From the NCBI GenBank assembly GCA_020355165.1, contig CP070661.1, positions 3,421,809 through 3,485,808 on the forward strand: a stretch of DNA of 64,000 nt, in the 5' to 3' direction. The position numbers and the translations under genes were made by a program. Under the pieces are notes generated by a model. That model saw only the letters and a list, made by a program, of their open reading frames with translations, made no database searches and was not told where the DNA came from. Below, piece by piece: positions 45,099 to 54,158 of the stretch. Position 1 is the stretch's first letter. Every line of letters starts with the position of its first letter. Origin of the DNA: Burkholderiales bacterium (GTDB lineage: Bacteria > Pseudomonadota > Gammaproteobacteria > Burkholderiales > Burkholderiaceae_F).

Positions 45099-45125
45099 TC
45101 AGACCAGAGCCGGTTCATTTAGTTC
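45099..45125 (-). promoter_or_regulatory. sigma-E (RpoE/AlgU)-type promoter upstream of rpoE
   Basis: The minus strand reads GAACTA (45125-45120), a 16-nt spacer, then TCTGA (45103-45099), about 40 nt upstream of the rpoE ATG. Matches the GAACTT-N16/17-TCTGA consensus of autoregulated rpoE/algU promoters. Confidence 0.6.
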
Positions 45126-45567
45126 GCAATCCCGACGGTGGCTCTGTGCCATCGCCGGCCCGCCGGCGCTGCCAGCGGCAGGCGACGAGCAGGCGGCGCC
45201 AATGGGTAGAGGAAACCGAGTCGGGCCACACGGCAAGCGTCTCCAGTGGCGTCGCCAGGCAGACGAGGTGGCGGCTGACGTAGCGCACGGCAGCGAGCTG
45301 ATCGTCCGCGCCGGCGCCGACCCGGATCGTTCCGTCTCCGTCGACCGCCAGCCGCTTCGGCGTCGGTGCGCGTGCAGGACGAAGGACGAGCAAGAGCGCG
45401 GCTGCCGATGCGGCTGCCGCGGCGCCGCGCAGCAGCGACGGAGCCAGCACGAACGCCAGCACGCAGGCAGCGGCGGCGGCGGCCGTCAGCCAGCGCGCGG
45501 CGGCGCGCACGTGAGCCGCGCGGCGCGAGGCAAGCAGTTCGACGCGAAACGCGGCGGCCTCAGGCAC
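45115..45567 (-). CDS. YgfX/CptA-like inner membrane protein (hypothetical)
   Basis: 150 aa. Two Ala/Leu-rich TM segments, then LAVDGDGTIRV and LAVWPDSVSSTHWRRLLVACRW, resembling the YgfX pattern (...DG.L.W... / LW...DS....WR.LR..L). The start overlaps the fabF stop by 8 nt. Confidence 0.5.
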   Translation of the reverse strand: MPEAAAFRVELLASRRAAHVRAAARWLTAAAAAACVLAFVLAPSLLRGAAAAASAAALLLVLRPARAPTPKRLAVDGDGTIRVGAGADDQLAAVRYVSRHLVCLATPLETLAVWPDSVSSTHWRRLLVACRWQRRRAGDGTEPPSGLRTK

Positions 45568-46795
45568 GCCTGAAGACGAGGGTGCCGTTGGTGCCGCCGA
45601 AGCCGAAGGAGTTCTTCAGCGCGACGTCGATCCTCATCTGCCGCGCCGTGTTGGGGCAGTAGTCGAGGTCGCACTCGGGATCCTGGTTGAAGATGTTGAT
45701 CGTCGGCGGCGAGACCTGCTGATGCACCGCCAGCACGCTGAACACCGACTCGACTCCGCCGGCGCCGCCGAGCAGATGACCGGTCATCGACTTGGTCGAG
45801 TTGACGACGATCCGGCGGGCCGCGTCGCCCAGGGCCAGCTTGATGGCGTTGGTCTCGTTGATGTCGCCGAGCGGCGTCGAGGTGCCGTGGGCGTTCAGGT
45901 AATCGACCTCGTCGGCGTTCAGCCGCGCGCTGCGCAGGGCGTTGAGCATCGATCGGCGCGGGCCGTCGACGTCCGGCGCCGTCATGTGGTAGGCGTCGGC
46001 GCTCATGCCGAAGCCGGCCAGTTCGGCGTAGACCTTCGCGCCGCGGCGCCGCGCGTGCTCGAGCTCCTCGAGGACCAGGATGCCGGCACCCTCGCCGAGC
46101 ACGAAGCCGTCACGGTCGCGGTCGAACGGCCGGCTGGCCGTGGCCGGATCGTCGTTGCGGACCGACAGGGCCTGCATCGAGGCAAAGCCGCCGACGCCGA
46201 GAGGACACACCGTGGACTCGGTGCCGCCGGCGACCATCACGTCGGCGTCGCCGTGCTCGATCAGCCGCCCGGCCGAACCGATGCAGTGCAGGCCGGTCGT
46301 GCATGCGGTGACGATCGCCATGTTCGGTCCCTTCAGGCCGAGCATGATCGACAGGTTGCCGGAGACCATGTTGATGATCGCCCCGGGGATCATGAACGGC
46401 GAGATGCGACGCGGGCCGCGGTTCATGAACTCGCTGTGGTTGTCCTCGATCATCGGCAGCCCGCCGATGCCGGACCCGACCATGCAGCCGATCATCTCGC
46501 GGTTGGCGTCGGTGATCTCCAGCCCGGAGTCGCGGATCGCCTCCAGCGCGGCGGCGATGCCGAAATGGATGAAGGCGTCCATCCGGCGCGCTTCCTTCGC
46601 CGGCATGCAGGACTCGACGTTGAAGTCCCTGACTTCGCCGGCAATCTGGACGCGGAAGTCCTTGGCGTCGAAGCGGGTGATCGGACCGATGCCCGATCTT
46701 CCGGCGATCAGGTTGCCCCAGGCGGTGGGAACGTCGTTGCCGACCGGGCTGATGACGCCGAGGCCGGTAACGACGACGCGTCGGCGTTCGCTCAT
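45560..46795 (-). CDS. fabF: beta-ketoacyl-ACP synthase II
   Basis: 411 aa. Active-site Cys in IVTACTTGLHCIG, His residues in NAHGTSTPLGD and MTGHLLGGAG. Confidence 0.96.
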   Translation of the reverse strand: MSERRRVVVTGLGVISPVGNDVPTAWGNLIAGRSGIGPITRFDAKDFRVQIAGEVRDFNVESCMPAKEARRMDAFIHFGIAAALEAIRDSGLEITDANREMIGCMVGSGIGGLPMIEDNHSEFMNRGPRRISPFMIPGAIINMVSGNLSIMLGLKGPNMAIVTACTTGLHCIGSAGRLIEHGDADVMVAGGTESTVCPLGVGGFASMQALSVRNDDPATASRPFDRDRDGFVLGEGAGILVLEELEHARRRGAKVYAELAGFGMSADAYHMTAPDVDGPRRSMLNALRSARLNADEVDYLNAHGTSTPLGDINETNAIKLALGDAARRIVVNSTKSMTGHLLGGAGGVESVFSVLAVHQQVSPPTINIFNQDPECDLDYCPNTARQMRIDVALKNSFGFGGTNGTLVFRRA

Positions 46796-46834
46796 GAGGG
46801 TGAGTCGGGCCTGGGCGGGCTGCGCCGCCGCGCT

Positions 46835-47077
46835 TCAGGCCTTCTTGAGGTGGGTCGTCACGTACTCGATGGCCTGCTGGACCGTGCGGATCTTCTCCGC
46901 CTCCTCGTCCGGGATCTCGCACTCGAACTCGTCTTCGAGCGCCATCACCAGCTCGACCGTGTCCAGAGAGTCGGCACCGAGGTCCTCGACGAAGGCCGAC
47001 TCGTTCTTGATGTCCGCCTCGTTAACGCCCAGCTGCTCGGCAACGATCTTCTTGACCCGCTGTTCGATGTTTTCCAT
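46835..47077 (-). CDS. acpP: acyl carrier protein
   Basis: 80 aa. Phosphopantetheine site [16 protein letters not shown]. Strong GGAGG Shine-Dalgarno. Confidence 0.97.
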   Translation of the reverse strand: MENIEQRVKKIVAEQLGVNEADIKNESAFVEDLGADSLDTVELVMALEDEFECEIPDEEAEKIRTVQQAIEYVTTHLKKA

Positions 47078-47189
47078 TTGCCCCTCCTCGAAACTACTTG
47101 GGCTCCCGCCGGATCCATTGTCTGGCCGGACGGCGAGCCCAGTACCCCAAAAAGTCTAGCAGAGCACCCATTCGCCCCGCCGCGACCGA

Positions 47190-47960
47190 TCAGGCCATGT
47201 ACATGCCGCCGTTGACGTGCAGGGTGCTGCCGCTCACGTAGGCACCGGCGGGCGAAGCCAGGAAGACGACGGCGGCGGCGACCTCCTCGGCGCCACCGAG
47301 GCGAGCGAGCGGGATCTGCGCCAGCAGCGCCTGCGTCTGCGCTTCGCCGAGCGCCCGGGTCATGTCGGTGTCGATGAACCCCGGCGCCACGCAGTTCACG
47401 GTGATGCCCCGGCTGCCGATCTCGCGCGCCAGCGCCCGGGTCAGGCCGGCCACGCCCGCCTTGGCGGCGGCATAGTTCGCCTGCCCGGCATTGCCGCTTT
47501 CGCCGACCACCGAAGTGATGTTGATGATGCGGCCGTGCCGTGCCTTCATCATGCCGCGCAGCACGCCGCGCGACAGCCGGAACACTGCCGACAGGTTGGT
47601 CGCCAGCACCGCCTCCCAGTCCTCGTCCTTCATCCGCATCGCCAGGCCGTCACGCGTGATGCCGGCGTTGTTGACCAGGATCGACAGCTTGCCGTCGGCC
47701 TTCGCTACTTCGTCGATCAGCGCCTCGCCACGGGCGGCATCGACGACGTCGAGCACGACGCCGCGGCCCTTGAGGCCGGCGTCCCGCAGGCGCTGCGAGA
47801 TCGCCGCCGCGCCGGCTTCACTGGTTGCCGTGCCGACCACCACCGCGCCGGCCAGGGCCAGCGCATCGGCAATCGCGGCGCCGATTCCGCGCGAGGCGCC
47901 GGTGACGAGGGCCACCTCGCCGGCCAGTGCATCAGCGGCAAATACGCGGGCAACGCTCAT
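47190..47960 (-). CDS. fabG: 3-oxoacyl-ACP reductase
   Basis: 256 aa from ATG at 47960. Contains TGASRGIG, NNAG, and the catalytic YAAAKAG. Confidence 0.93.
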   Translation of the reverse strand: MSVARVFAADALAGEVALVTGASRGIGAAIADALALAGAVVVGTATSEAGAAAISQRLRDAGLKGRGVVLDVVDAARGEALIDEVAKADGKLSILVNNAGITRDGLAMRMKDEDWEAVLATNLSAVFRLSRGVLRGMMKARHGRIINITSVVGESGNAGQANYAAAKAGVAGLTRALAREIGSRGITVNCVAPGFIDTDMTRALGEAQTQALLAQIPLARLGGAEEVAAAVVFLASPAGAYVSGSTLHVNGGMYMA

Positions 47961-47962
47961 CT

Positions 47963-48904
47963 TCACTCCTTCAGGCGGGACAGCGCCTCGTCGAGCGTCG
48001 CCGGGTCGGTCAGCGCCAGGCTCTCCAGGCTGGGCACGATCCGCTTGGTCAGCCCGGCCAGCACCCGGCCCGGTCCGCACTCCACCACGTGGGTGACGCC
48101 GTCGTCGGCCATCCTGCGGATGATTGCCGCCCAGCGCACCGGCCCGGCAGCCTGGCGTGCCAGCGCATCCCGGATCCGGTCGGGCTCGGACTCGACTGCC
48201 ACGTCGATATTGTTGATCACCGGGGTCGAAGGAGCGGATATCGGCTCGCCGCGCAGCCTCTCGCGCAGCCGCTCGGCCGCCGGCGCCAGCAGCGAGCAGT
48301 GAAACGGCGCCGACACCGGCAACGGCAGCGCCCGCTTGGCGCCGAGACGCTTGGCCGCCTCGCAGGCGCGCCCGACCGCGGCGACGTGTCCGGCGATCAC
48401 GACCTGCGACGGCGCGTTGAAGTTCACCGCCTCGACCACCTCGCCCTGGGCGGCTTCGGCGCAGGCCTGCGCCACCTGTTCATCGCTCAGACCGAGGATG
48501 GCCGCCATGCCGCCGCTGCCCGCGGGGACCGCTTCCTGCATCGCCTGCGCGCGAAAGCGCACCAGTCGCAGTGCGCTGTCCAGCGCAATGGCTCCGGCGG
48601 CGGTCAGCGCCGTGTATTCGCCGAGGCTGTGCCCGGCCATCACCGCCGGTGCGGCGCCGCCAGCGGCGCGCCAGGCGCGGTAGATGGCAACCCCGGCCGC
48701 CAGCATCGCCGGCTGGGTATTGACCGTCAGGCTCAGCTTCTCGACCGGCCCGGCAGCGATCAGGCTGCCGAGATCCTCGCCGAGCGCCTCGCGCGCGCAG
48801 CGCAGCACGTCCTGCGCCGCCGCATCGCCGGCGAACGGATCGAGCATGCCGACGGCCTGCGAGCCCTGGCCGGGAAAGACGAAGGCAATCTTCATTGTCC
48901 TCAT
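47963..48904 (-). CDS. fabD: ACP S-malonyltransferase
   Basis: 313 aa. Contains FVFPGQGSQ, the active-site GHSLGEY, and PVSAPFHC. Confidence 0.95.
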   Translation of the reverse strand: MRTMKIAFVFPGQGSQAVGMLDPFAGDAAAQDVLRCAREALGEDLGSLIAAGPVEKLSLTVNTQPAMLAAGVAIYRAWRAAGGAAPAVMAGHSLGEYTALTAAGAIALDSALRLVRFRAQAMQEAVPAGSGGMAAILGLSDEQVAQACAEAAQGEVVEAVNFNAPSQVVIAGHVAAVGRACEAAKRLGAKRALPLPVSAPFHCSLLAPAAERLRERLRGEPISAPSTPVINNIDVAVESEPDRIRDALARQAAGPVRWAAIIRRMADDGVTHVVECGPGRVLAGLTKRIVPSLESLALTDPATLDEALSRLKE

Positions 48905-48918
48905 GCTTGAGAAGAAAC

Positions 48919-49908
48919 TCAGAGACGGACCAGCACCGAACCCCAGGTGAAGCCGCCGCCGACGCCCTGCAGCAGGACGTTCTGTCCGCTGCGGATGCGG
49001 CCGTCTCGCACCGCCAGATCGAGCGCCAGCGGAACCGACGCCGCCGAGGTGTTGCCGTGCTGGTCGACGGTGACGATCAGCTTGCTCTCCGGCATGCCGA
49101 GCTTGCGCGCCGTGGCGCTGAGGATGCGCACGTTCGCCTGGTGCGGGATCAGCCAGTCGACCTCATCGAGCCTCATGCGCGCGTCGTCGAGCACCTCGCG
49201 CGCCGAGGAGTCGAGCACGTTCACTGCCAGCCTGAAGACCGCCTGACCGTCCATGCGCAGGAAGGGATCTCCGTGCACCGCCCCCTGCGCGACACGGCCA
49301 GCGGTGCAGAGGATGCGCGACTGCGAGCCGTCGGCATGCAGCCGCGCCGCCAGGATTCCCGGCTGGTCGGCCGCTTCCAGCACGACCGCACCGGCACCGT
49401 CGCCGAACAGCACGCAGGTGGTGCGGTCGTTCCAGTCGAGGATGCGCGAGAAGATCTCCGCCCCGACCACCAGCGCGCGGCGGTAGGTTCCGGTGCGGAT
49501 CATCGCGTCGGCCACCGCCAGCCCGTAGACGAAACCGCTGCACACCGCCTGCACGTCGAAGGCGGCAGCGCCGGCGACGCCGAGTTCGTCCTGCACGAGG
49601 CAGGCCGTGCTCGGGAAGATCTGGTCCGCCGTCGAGGTGGCCAGCACGATCAGGTCCAGCGCCGCCGGCTCCAGCCCGGCCGCCTGCAGCGCCGCGCGCG
49701 CGGCGCGGGCCCCGAGCTCGGTGGTGGTCAATGACGCGTCGGCGATGTAGCGCTGCCGGATGCCGGTGCGCGCAACGATCCACTCGTCGGAGGTCTCGAT
49801 GCCGCGCGCGGCAAGCTGCTGCGCCAGTTCCGCGTTGGTCACCGCCCGCTCCGGCAGCGCGGCGCCGGTGCCGATGATGCGCGAGCAGCGATGCGCCGGC
49901 GCCATCAC
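48919..49908 (-). CDS. fabH: beta-ketoacyl-ACP synthase III
   Basis: 329 aa. Contains active Cys [18 protein letters not shown], and GGGFTWGS. Confidence 0.95.
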   Translation of the reverse strand: MMAPAHRCSRIIGTGAALPERAVTNAELAQQLAARGIETSDEWIVARTGIRQRYIADASLTTTELGARAARAALQAAGLEPAALDLIVLATSTADQIFPSTACLVQDELGVAGAAAFDVQAVCSGFVYGLAVADAMIRTGTYRRALVVGAEIFSRILDWNDRTTCVLFGDGAGAVVLEAADQPGILAARLHADGSQSRILCTAGRVAQGAVHGDPFLRMDGQAVFRLAVNVLDSSAREVLDDARMRLDEVDWLIPHQANVRILSATARKLGMPESKLIVTVDQHGNTSAASVPLALDLAVRDGRIRSGQNVLLQGVGGGFTWGSVLVRL

Positions 49909-50951
49909 GCCGCCGCGGTCGATCGCCGCTGCTCGCGCTCGAGCTGCGCCACGAACGGTTGCATCGCGGCCACCGTGCGCTCGAGCAGCCGGTGGCGCGC
50001 CGCCTCGTAACCGACGCCGATGGCGTTCTCGAAAGCGAGCACGTCGGCAGCGCCGTGGCTCTTGATCACGATGCCTTTCAGGCCGAGCAGGCTGGCGCCG
50101 TTGTATTGCCGGTGGTCGACCCGCCGGCGGAAGCGCTTGAGCACCGGATAGGCGAGCACCGCGGCGGCCTTGGCCAGCGGGCTGCGGGTGAACTCTTCCT
50201 TGACCATCGTGCCCAGCATCTGCGCCAGGCCCTCGGAGGTCTTCAGGGCCACGTTGCCGACGAAGCCGTCGCAGACGACCACGTCGACCGTTGCCTTGTA
50301 GATGTCGTCGCCTTCGACGTTGCCGAAGAAGTTCAGCGAGCTGGCGCGCAGCAGCTCGCCGGCCCGCTTGACGACCTCGTTGCCCTTGATCAGCTCCTCG
50401 CCGACGTTCAGCAGCCCGACGCTCGGCCGCTCCTTCTCCTGCACCGCTGCCACCAGGGCCGCGCCGAGAATCGCGAACTCGAGCAGGTGCTCGGCGGTGC
50501 AGTCGACGTTGGCGCCGAGGTCGAGCATCGTCGTCACGCCGCCCTTGATGTTGGGCAGCACGGTGGCGATCGCCGGCCGGTCGATGCCGTCGAGCGTCTT
50601 GAGCACGAAGCGCGAGATCGCCATCAGGGCGCCGGTGTTGCCGGCGCTGACGCAGGCCTGCGCCCGCCCCTCCTTGACCAGGTTGATCGCCAGCCGCATC
50701 GACGAGCCGCGCTTGCTGCGCAGCGCGACCGCCGGCGGGTCGTCCATCGAGACGACTTCCTCGGCGTGGACGAGTTGCAGCCGGGACCGAACGTCGGCCC
50801 CGGAAGCAAGCAGCGGTTCGATTTCTTCGCGCCGGCCGACCAGCACCAGCTCGCAGTCGGCATGCGCGCGCAGGAAGGAAACCGAGGCGGCGACGGTCAC
50901 CGGCGGGCCGTGGTCCCCGCCCATGACGTCGATGGCGATGCGAACGGTCAC
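49905..50951 (-). CDS. plsX: phosphate acyltransferase PlsX
   Basis: 348 aa. Contains [12 protein letters not shown] and GNTGALMA. 4-nt overlap with fabH. Confidence 0.95.
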   Translation of the reverse strand: MTVRIAIDVMGGDHGPPVTVAASVSFLRAHADCELVLVGRREEIEPLLASGADVRSRLQLVHAEEVVSMDDPPAVALRSKRGSSMRLAINLVKEGRAQACVSAGNTGALMAISRFVLKTLDGIDRPAIATVLPNIKGGVTTMLDLGANVDCTAEHLLEFAILGAALVAAVQEKERPSVGLLNVGEELIKGNEVVKRAGELLRASSLNFFGNVEGDDIYKATVDVVVCDGFVGNVALKTSEGLAQMLGTMVKEEFTRSPLAKAAAVLAYPVLKRFRRRVDHRQYNGASLLGLKGIVIKSHGAADVLAFENAIGVGYEAARHRLLERTVAAMQPFVAQLEREQRRSTAAA

Positions 50952-51009
50952 CGGCGGCCGCGGGCGGTCAAGGTTGTGCCGATCGCGGCGCGCGCCACGA
51001 CCGCGGCGG

Positions 51010-51192
51010 CTACTCGTCGCTCTTGGTGGCGACGACCTTCTTGCCGCGATAGAAGCCGTTGGGGCTCACGTGGTGACGGCGATGCACCTCTCCTGTGCTC
51101 GGCTCGATCGCCAGCGGCGGGTTGGTGGCGAAATCGTGCGCGCGGCGCATGTTGCGCTTCGACGCCGACCGCTTGTTCTGCTGGACTGCCAT
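51010..51192 (-). CDS. rpmF: 50S ribosomal protein L32
   Basis: 60 aa from ATG at 51192: [21 protein letters not shown].... The rest of the 283-aa track ORF is an upstream artefact. Confidence 0.95.
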   Translation of the reverse strand: MAVQQNKRSASKRNMRRAHDFATNPPLAIEPSTGEVHRRHHVSPNGFYRGKKVVATKSDE

Positions 51193-51257
51193 GGCTGCCT
51201 CGCCAGTGAAAAACAAATAGCCGCGCATTGTAGCCGAGTCGGGCGCCACCGGGACGA

Positions 51258-51770
51258 TCAGCGGCGCAGCTTCTTCAGCGATGCCAGCGCGGCGAACGGA
51301 CGCTGCGTCCCGCCGTCCGGACCGCGGTCCGTTGCGGCGGACGCGCCGGCACACTCGTCGTGCCGCGGCGAGATCGGCAGCGCGAGAATCGCCTGCTCCT
51401 CGACCAGCGAGCCGACGTCGAAGCGGCGCGACCCGAGCAGCGGCTCCTCGGGCGCGTCGTCGATGGGCAGCCTGCCGAGCTCGTCCTCGTCGGCGACGAA
51501 GTAGAACCGGGCCTGTTCGTCGATCCCCATCTGGACCGCGCCGCCGCAGCGGTCGCAACGGACCTGTACCGGCCCCCGTACTTCGAGGCGGGCCGCCGGC
51601 CGGCCCCGCTCGTCGATCATTCCGCTCATGCGGTAGCGGAGCGCACCGGCGGTGTCGGCGAGTTGCCCCGACAGTCGCCGCATGTCCCCGAGCGCCAGTT
51701 CGCCTTCGATGCAGGCACGCCGCCGCGCAAGGTCCCAGACGTCGCAGGTGACGGCGCGGCCGGTCGTCAT
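51258..51770 (-). CDS. yceD: YceD family (DUF177) protein
   Basis: 170 aa. CDRCG metal-binding block and an acidic ...[12 protein letters not shown] region. Sits immediately upstream of rpmF as in most bacteria. Confidence 0.85.
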   Translation of the reverse strand: MTTGRAVTCDVWDLARRRACIEGELALGDMRRLSGQLADTAGALRYRMSGMIDERGRPAARLEVRGPVQVRCDRCGGAVQMGIDEQARFYFVADEDELGRLPIDDAPEEPLLGSRRFDVGSLVEEQAILALPISPRHDECAGASAATDRGPDGGTQRPFAALASLKKLRR

Positions 51771-51827
51771 CGCCGGCAGCGTGCATCGCTAAACTGCGGC
51801 GCACGTGAAGGGCTATCGCTCGCCCGC

Positions 51828-52409
51828 ATGCCGCCGATCGTACTCGCCTCGACCTCGCCATACCGCCGCCAGCTGCTGCAGCGTCTGCGGCTGCCGTTCG
51901 CGGTCCGCGCCCCGCGCGTCGAAGAGCAGCCGTTGCCGGGCGAAGCGCCGCGCGACACCGCCTGCCGGCTCGCCTTGGCCAAGGCGGGCGTCGTTGCCGT
52001 CGACGAGCCGGGGGCGATCGTGATCGGCTCCGACCAGGTTGCCGACGTCGACGGCGAGGCGCTGTCCAAGCCCGGCAGTCACGATGCGGCGCTGGCGCAG
52101 CTGCGCCGGATGCAGGGGCGCGAGGTGGTCTTTCACACGGCGGTGGCCGTGGTCGCGCCCGATGGCAGCCGCCAGGTCGACGAGGTGCCGACCGCGGTGC
52201 GCTTCCGCGTCCTGCCCGTCGAACGGCTCGACGCGTACCTGCGCGCCGACATGCCGTACGACTGCGCCGGTGCGGCGAAGATCGAGTCGCTCGGCATCAC
52301 GCTCCTCGAGTCGGTTCGCTCCGACGATCCGACTGCGCTGATCGGCCTGCCGCTGATCCGCCTGACTACGATGCTGGCCGCCTGCGGCGTGCGGCTGCCG
52401 GCGCCATGA
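51828..52409 (+). CDS. maf: Maf-like nucleoside triphosphate pyrophosphatase (YceF subfamily position)
   Basis: 193 aa from ATG at 51828. Contains [20 protein letters not shown] and [10 protein letters not shown]. Confidence 0.88.
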   Translation: MPPIVLASTSPYRRQLLQRLRLPFAVRAPRVEEQPLPGEAPRDTACRLALAKAGVVAVDEPGAIVIGSDQVADVDGEALSKPGSHDAALAQLRRMQGREVVFHTAVAVVAPDGSRQVDEVPTAVRFRVLPVERLDAYLRADMPYDCAGAAKIESLGITLLESVRSDDPTALIGLPLIRLTTMLAACGVRLPAP

Positions 52410-53185
52410 GCGCTCCGTCCGGCGCGTTGCTTCTGCTGCCGACGCTGCTCGGCCATTGCCCGCCGCAGCGGGTCCTGCCGGCGGAGACCTTGGCGCTGGC
52501 TCGCGCGACGACGATCTTCCTCGCCGAGAACGCCAAGAGCGCGCGTGCCTTCCTCAAGGCAATCGCCCATCCGCAGCCGATCGCCGGTCTCGCCGTGACG
52601 GAAGTTGGCCACAGCCCGGATCCACGCCACTTCGATCGCTGGCTGGCCCCGACCTTCGGTGGACACGACGTCGCTCTGCTGTCGGAGGCCGGCTGCCCGG
52701 CCGTTGCCGACCCCGGCGCCGCACTGGTGGCGCGGGCGCACGAGCTCGGCGTGCGCGTGCGGCCGCTGGTTGGGCCGAGCAGCGTGTTGCTGGCGCTGAT
52801 GGCTGCCGGAATGAACGGCCAGCGGTTCCGCTTCGTCGGCTACCTGCCGCAGGACAGGCAGGCGCTGATCGCCGCGATCGGCCAGCTCGAGGCAGCGAGC
52901 CGCGGAGCCGAAACCCAGCTGTTCATCGAAACGCCGTACCGAAGCGAGCGAATGCTGCAGACGCTGCTCGAGCACGGCCGGCATGACACGCGGCTGGCAG
53001 TCGCAGTGGACCTGACGACCGACTCGGAAAGCGTGCTGTCGCTGCCCATCTCGGGCTGGCGGGCGCTGCCGCCGCAGGCGATGCCGGCGCTGCGGCGCCG
53101 GCCGGCGGTGTTCGCCCTGCTGTCGGCAACGGTTCAGCCGTCCGGCCGTGGCAGCGGACGCACGCCCGGGTCGGGTCGCCAGTAG
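52406..53185 (+). CDS. tetrapyrrole-methylase-fold SAM-dependent methyltransferase (RsmI-like)
   Basis: 259 aa with an ATGA overlap on maf. Contains LLLLPTLLG, LSEAGCPAVADPG, GPSSVLLALMAAG and LFIETPYR. Confidence 0.65.
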   Translation: MSAPSGALLLLPTLLGHCPPQRVLPAETLALARATTIFLAENAKSARAFLKAIAHPQPIAGLAVTEVGHSPDPRHFDRWLAPTFGGHDVALLSEAGCPAVADPGAALVARAHELGVRVRPLVGPSSVLLALMAAGMNGQRFRFVGYLPQDRQALIAAIGQLEAASRGAETQLFIETPYRSERMLQTLLEHGRHDTRLAVAVDLTTDSESVLSLPISGWRALPPQAMPALRRRPAVFALLSATVQPSGRGSGRTPGSGRQ

Positions 53186-53523
53186 ACGACGCCGCCGGAC
53201 TCGACGATCTCGAGTCGCCTCAGCCCGCCGCGACCGGCGCACGGGCCGCCGACGCAACCGCCGTCGGCCGGGTCGTAGGCGGCGCCGTGGGTCGCGCACA
53301 GCAGCGTCTTGCCCTCGCTGTCGAAGAACTGGCCGGCGACCCAGTCAAGTTCCATCGCCACGTGGGCGCAGCGGTTCAGGTAGCCGACGGCCTGCCCGCG
53401 GTAGCGAACGGCGAAGGCGCCGCAGGCTTCACCGTCGACGCTGACGTCGAAGCGCAGGCCGCTGCCGCCTTCGACCAGCTGCGTCGACGGGCACAGCGCG
53501 ATCAACGCTTCGGCATCAGCCAC
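53134..53523 (-). CDS. Rieske (2Fe-2S) domain protein
   Basis: 129 aa. Cluster ligands CAHV...(17 aa)...CATHGA (C-x-H / C-x-x-H). Confidence 0.8.
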   Translation of the reverse strand: MADAEALIALCPSTQLVEGGSGLRFDVSVDGEACGAFAVRYRGQAVGYLNRCAHVAMELDWVAGQFFDSEGKTLLCATHGAAYDPADGGCVGGPCAGRGGLRRLEIVESGGVVYWRPDPGVRPLPRPDG

Positions 53524-54158
53524 TGGTGCAGTTGCCCGAGCGAGTCGAACAGCGCCAGCGGGCGGCAGGCGGCGAGCTGCTCCTCGGGATGCGCCCCCTG
53601 TGTCAGGCCGACCGCGGCCGCACTGGCCGCCTCGGCCATCTGCAGGTCGTGCGTGGTGTCGCCCACCATCAGCATGCGCTGCGGCGTGACCATCAGCTCG
53701 TCGGCCAGCTCGAGAAGCATTGCCGGATGCGGCTTCGGGTGCGTCTGGTCGGCGCAGCGCGTGGCAGCGAACTGCGCTTCGAGCCCGGCACTGGCCAGCG
53801 CCCGCTGCAGCCCGCGCTGCGACTTCCCGGTCGCGATCCCGAGCCGCACACCGGCCGCGCGCAGCTCGGCGATCAGTTCGAGCGCGCCGGGGAACAGCAC
53901 CAGCTCGGCTTCGCGCGCGAAGTAGTGGACCCGGTAGCGCGCCGAGTATTCGGCAATCCGCTCGGCGGGCAGGGTCGGCACCGCTCGGGCCAGAGCCTCG
54001 TGCAGGCCGAGCCCGATCACGTGGCTGGCCGTGGCGTCGTCCGGCACCGGCAGGCCGAGGTCGGCTGCGGCATCCTGGATCGCCCGCGCGATGGCGGCTG
54101 TCGAGTCACTGAGCGTGCCGTCCCAGTCGAAGACGACCACGTCGAAGCGGTCAAGCAC
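53502..54158 (-). CDS. HAD-IA family hydrolase (phosphoglycolate phosphatase-like)
   Basis: 218 aa. Motif I VVFDWDGTL, motif II IATGKS, motif III/IV MVGDTTHD. Confidence 0.85.
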   Translation of the reverse strand: MLDRFDVVVFDWDGTLSDSTAAIARAIQDAAADLGLPVPDDATASHVIGLGLHEALARAVPTLPAERIAEYSARYRVHYFAREAELVLFPGALELIAELRAAGVRLGIATGKSQRGLQRALASAGLEAQFAATRCADQTHPKPHPAMLLELADELMVTPQRMLMVGDTTHDLQMAEAASAAAVGLTQGAHPEEQLAACRPLALFDSLGQLHQWLMPKR

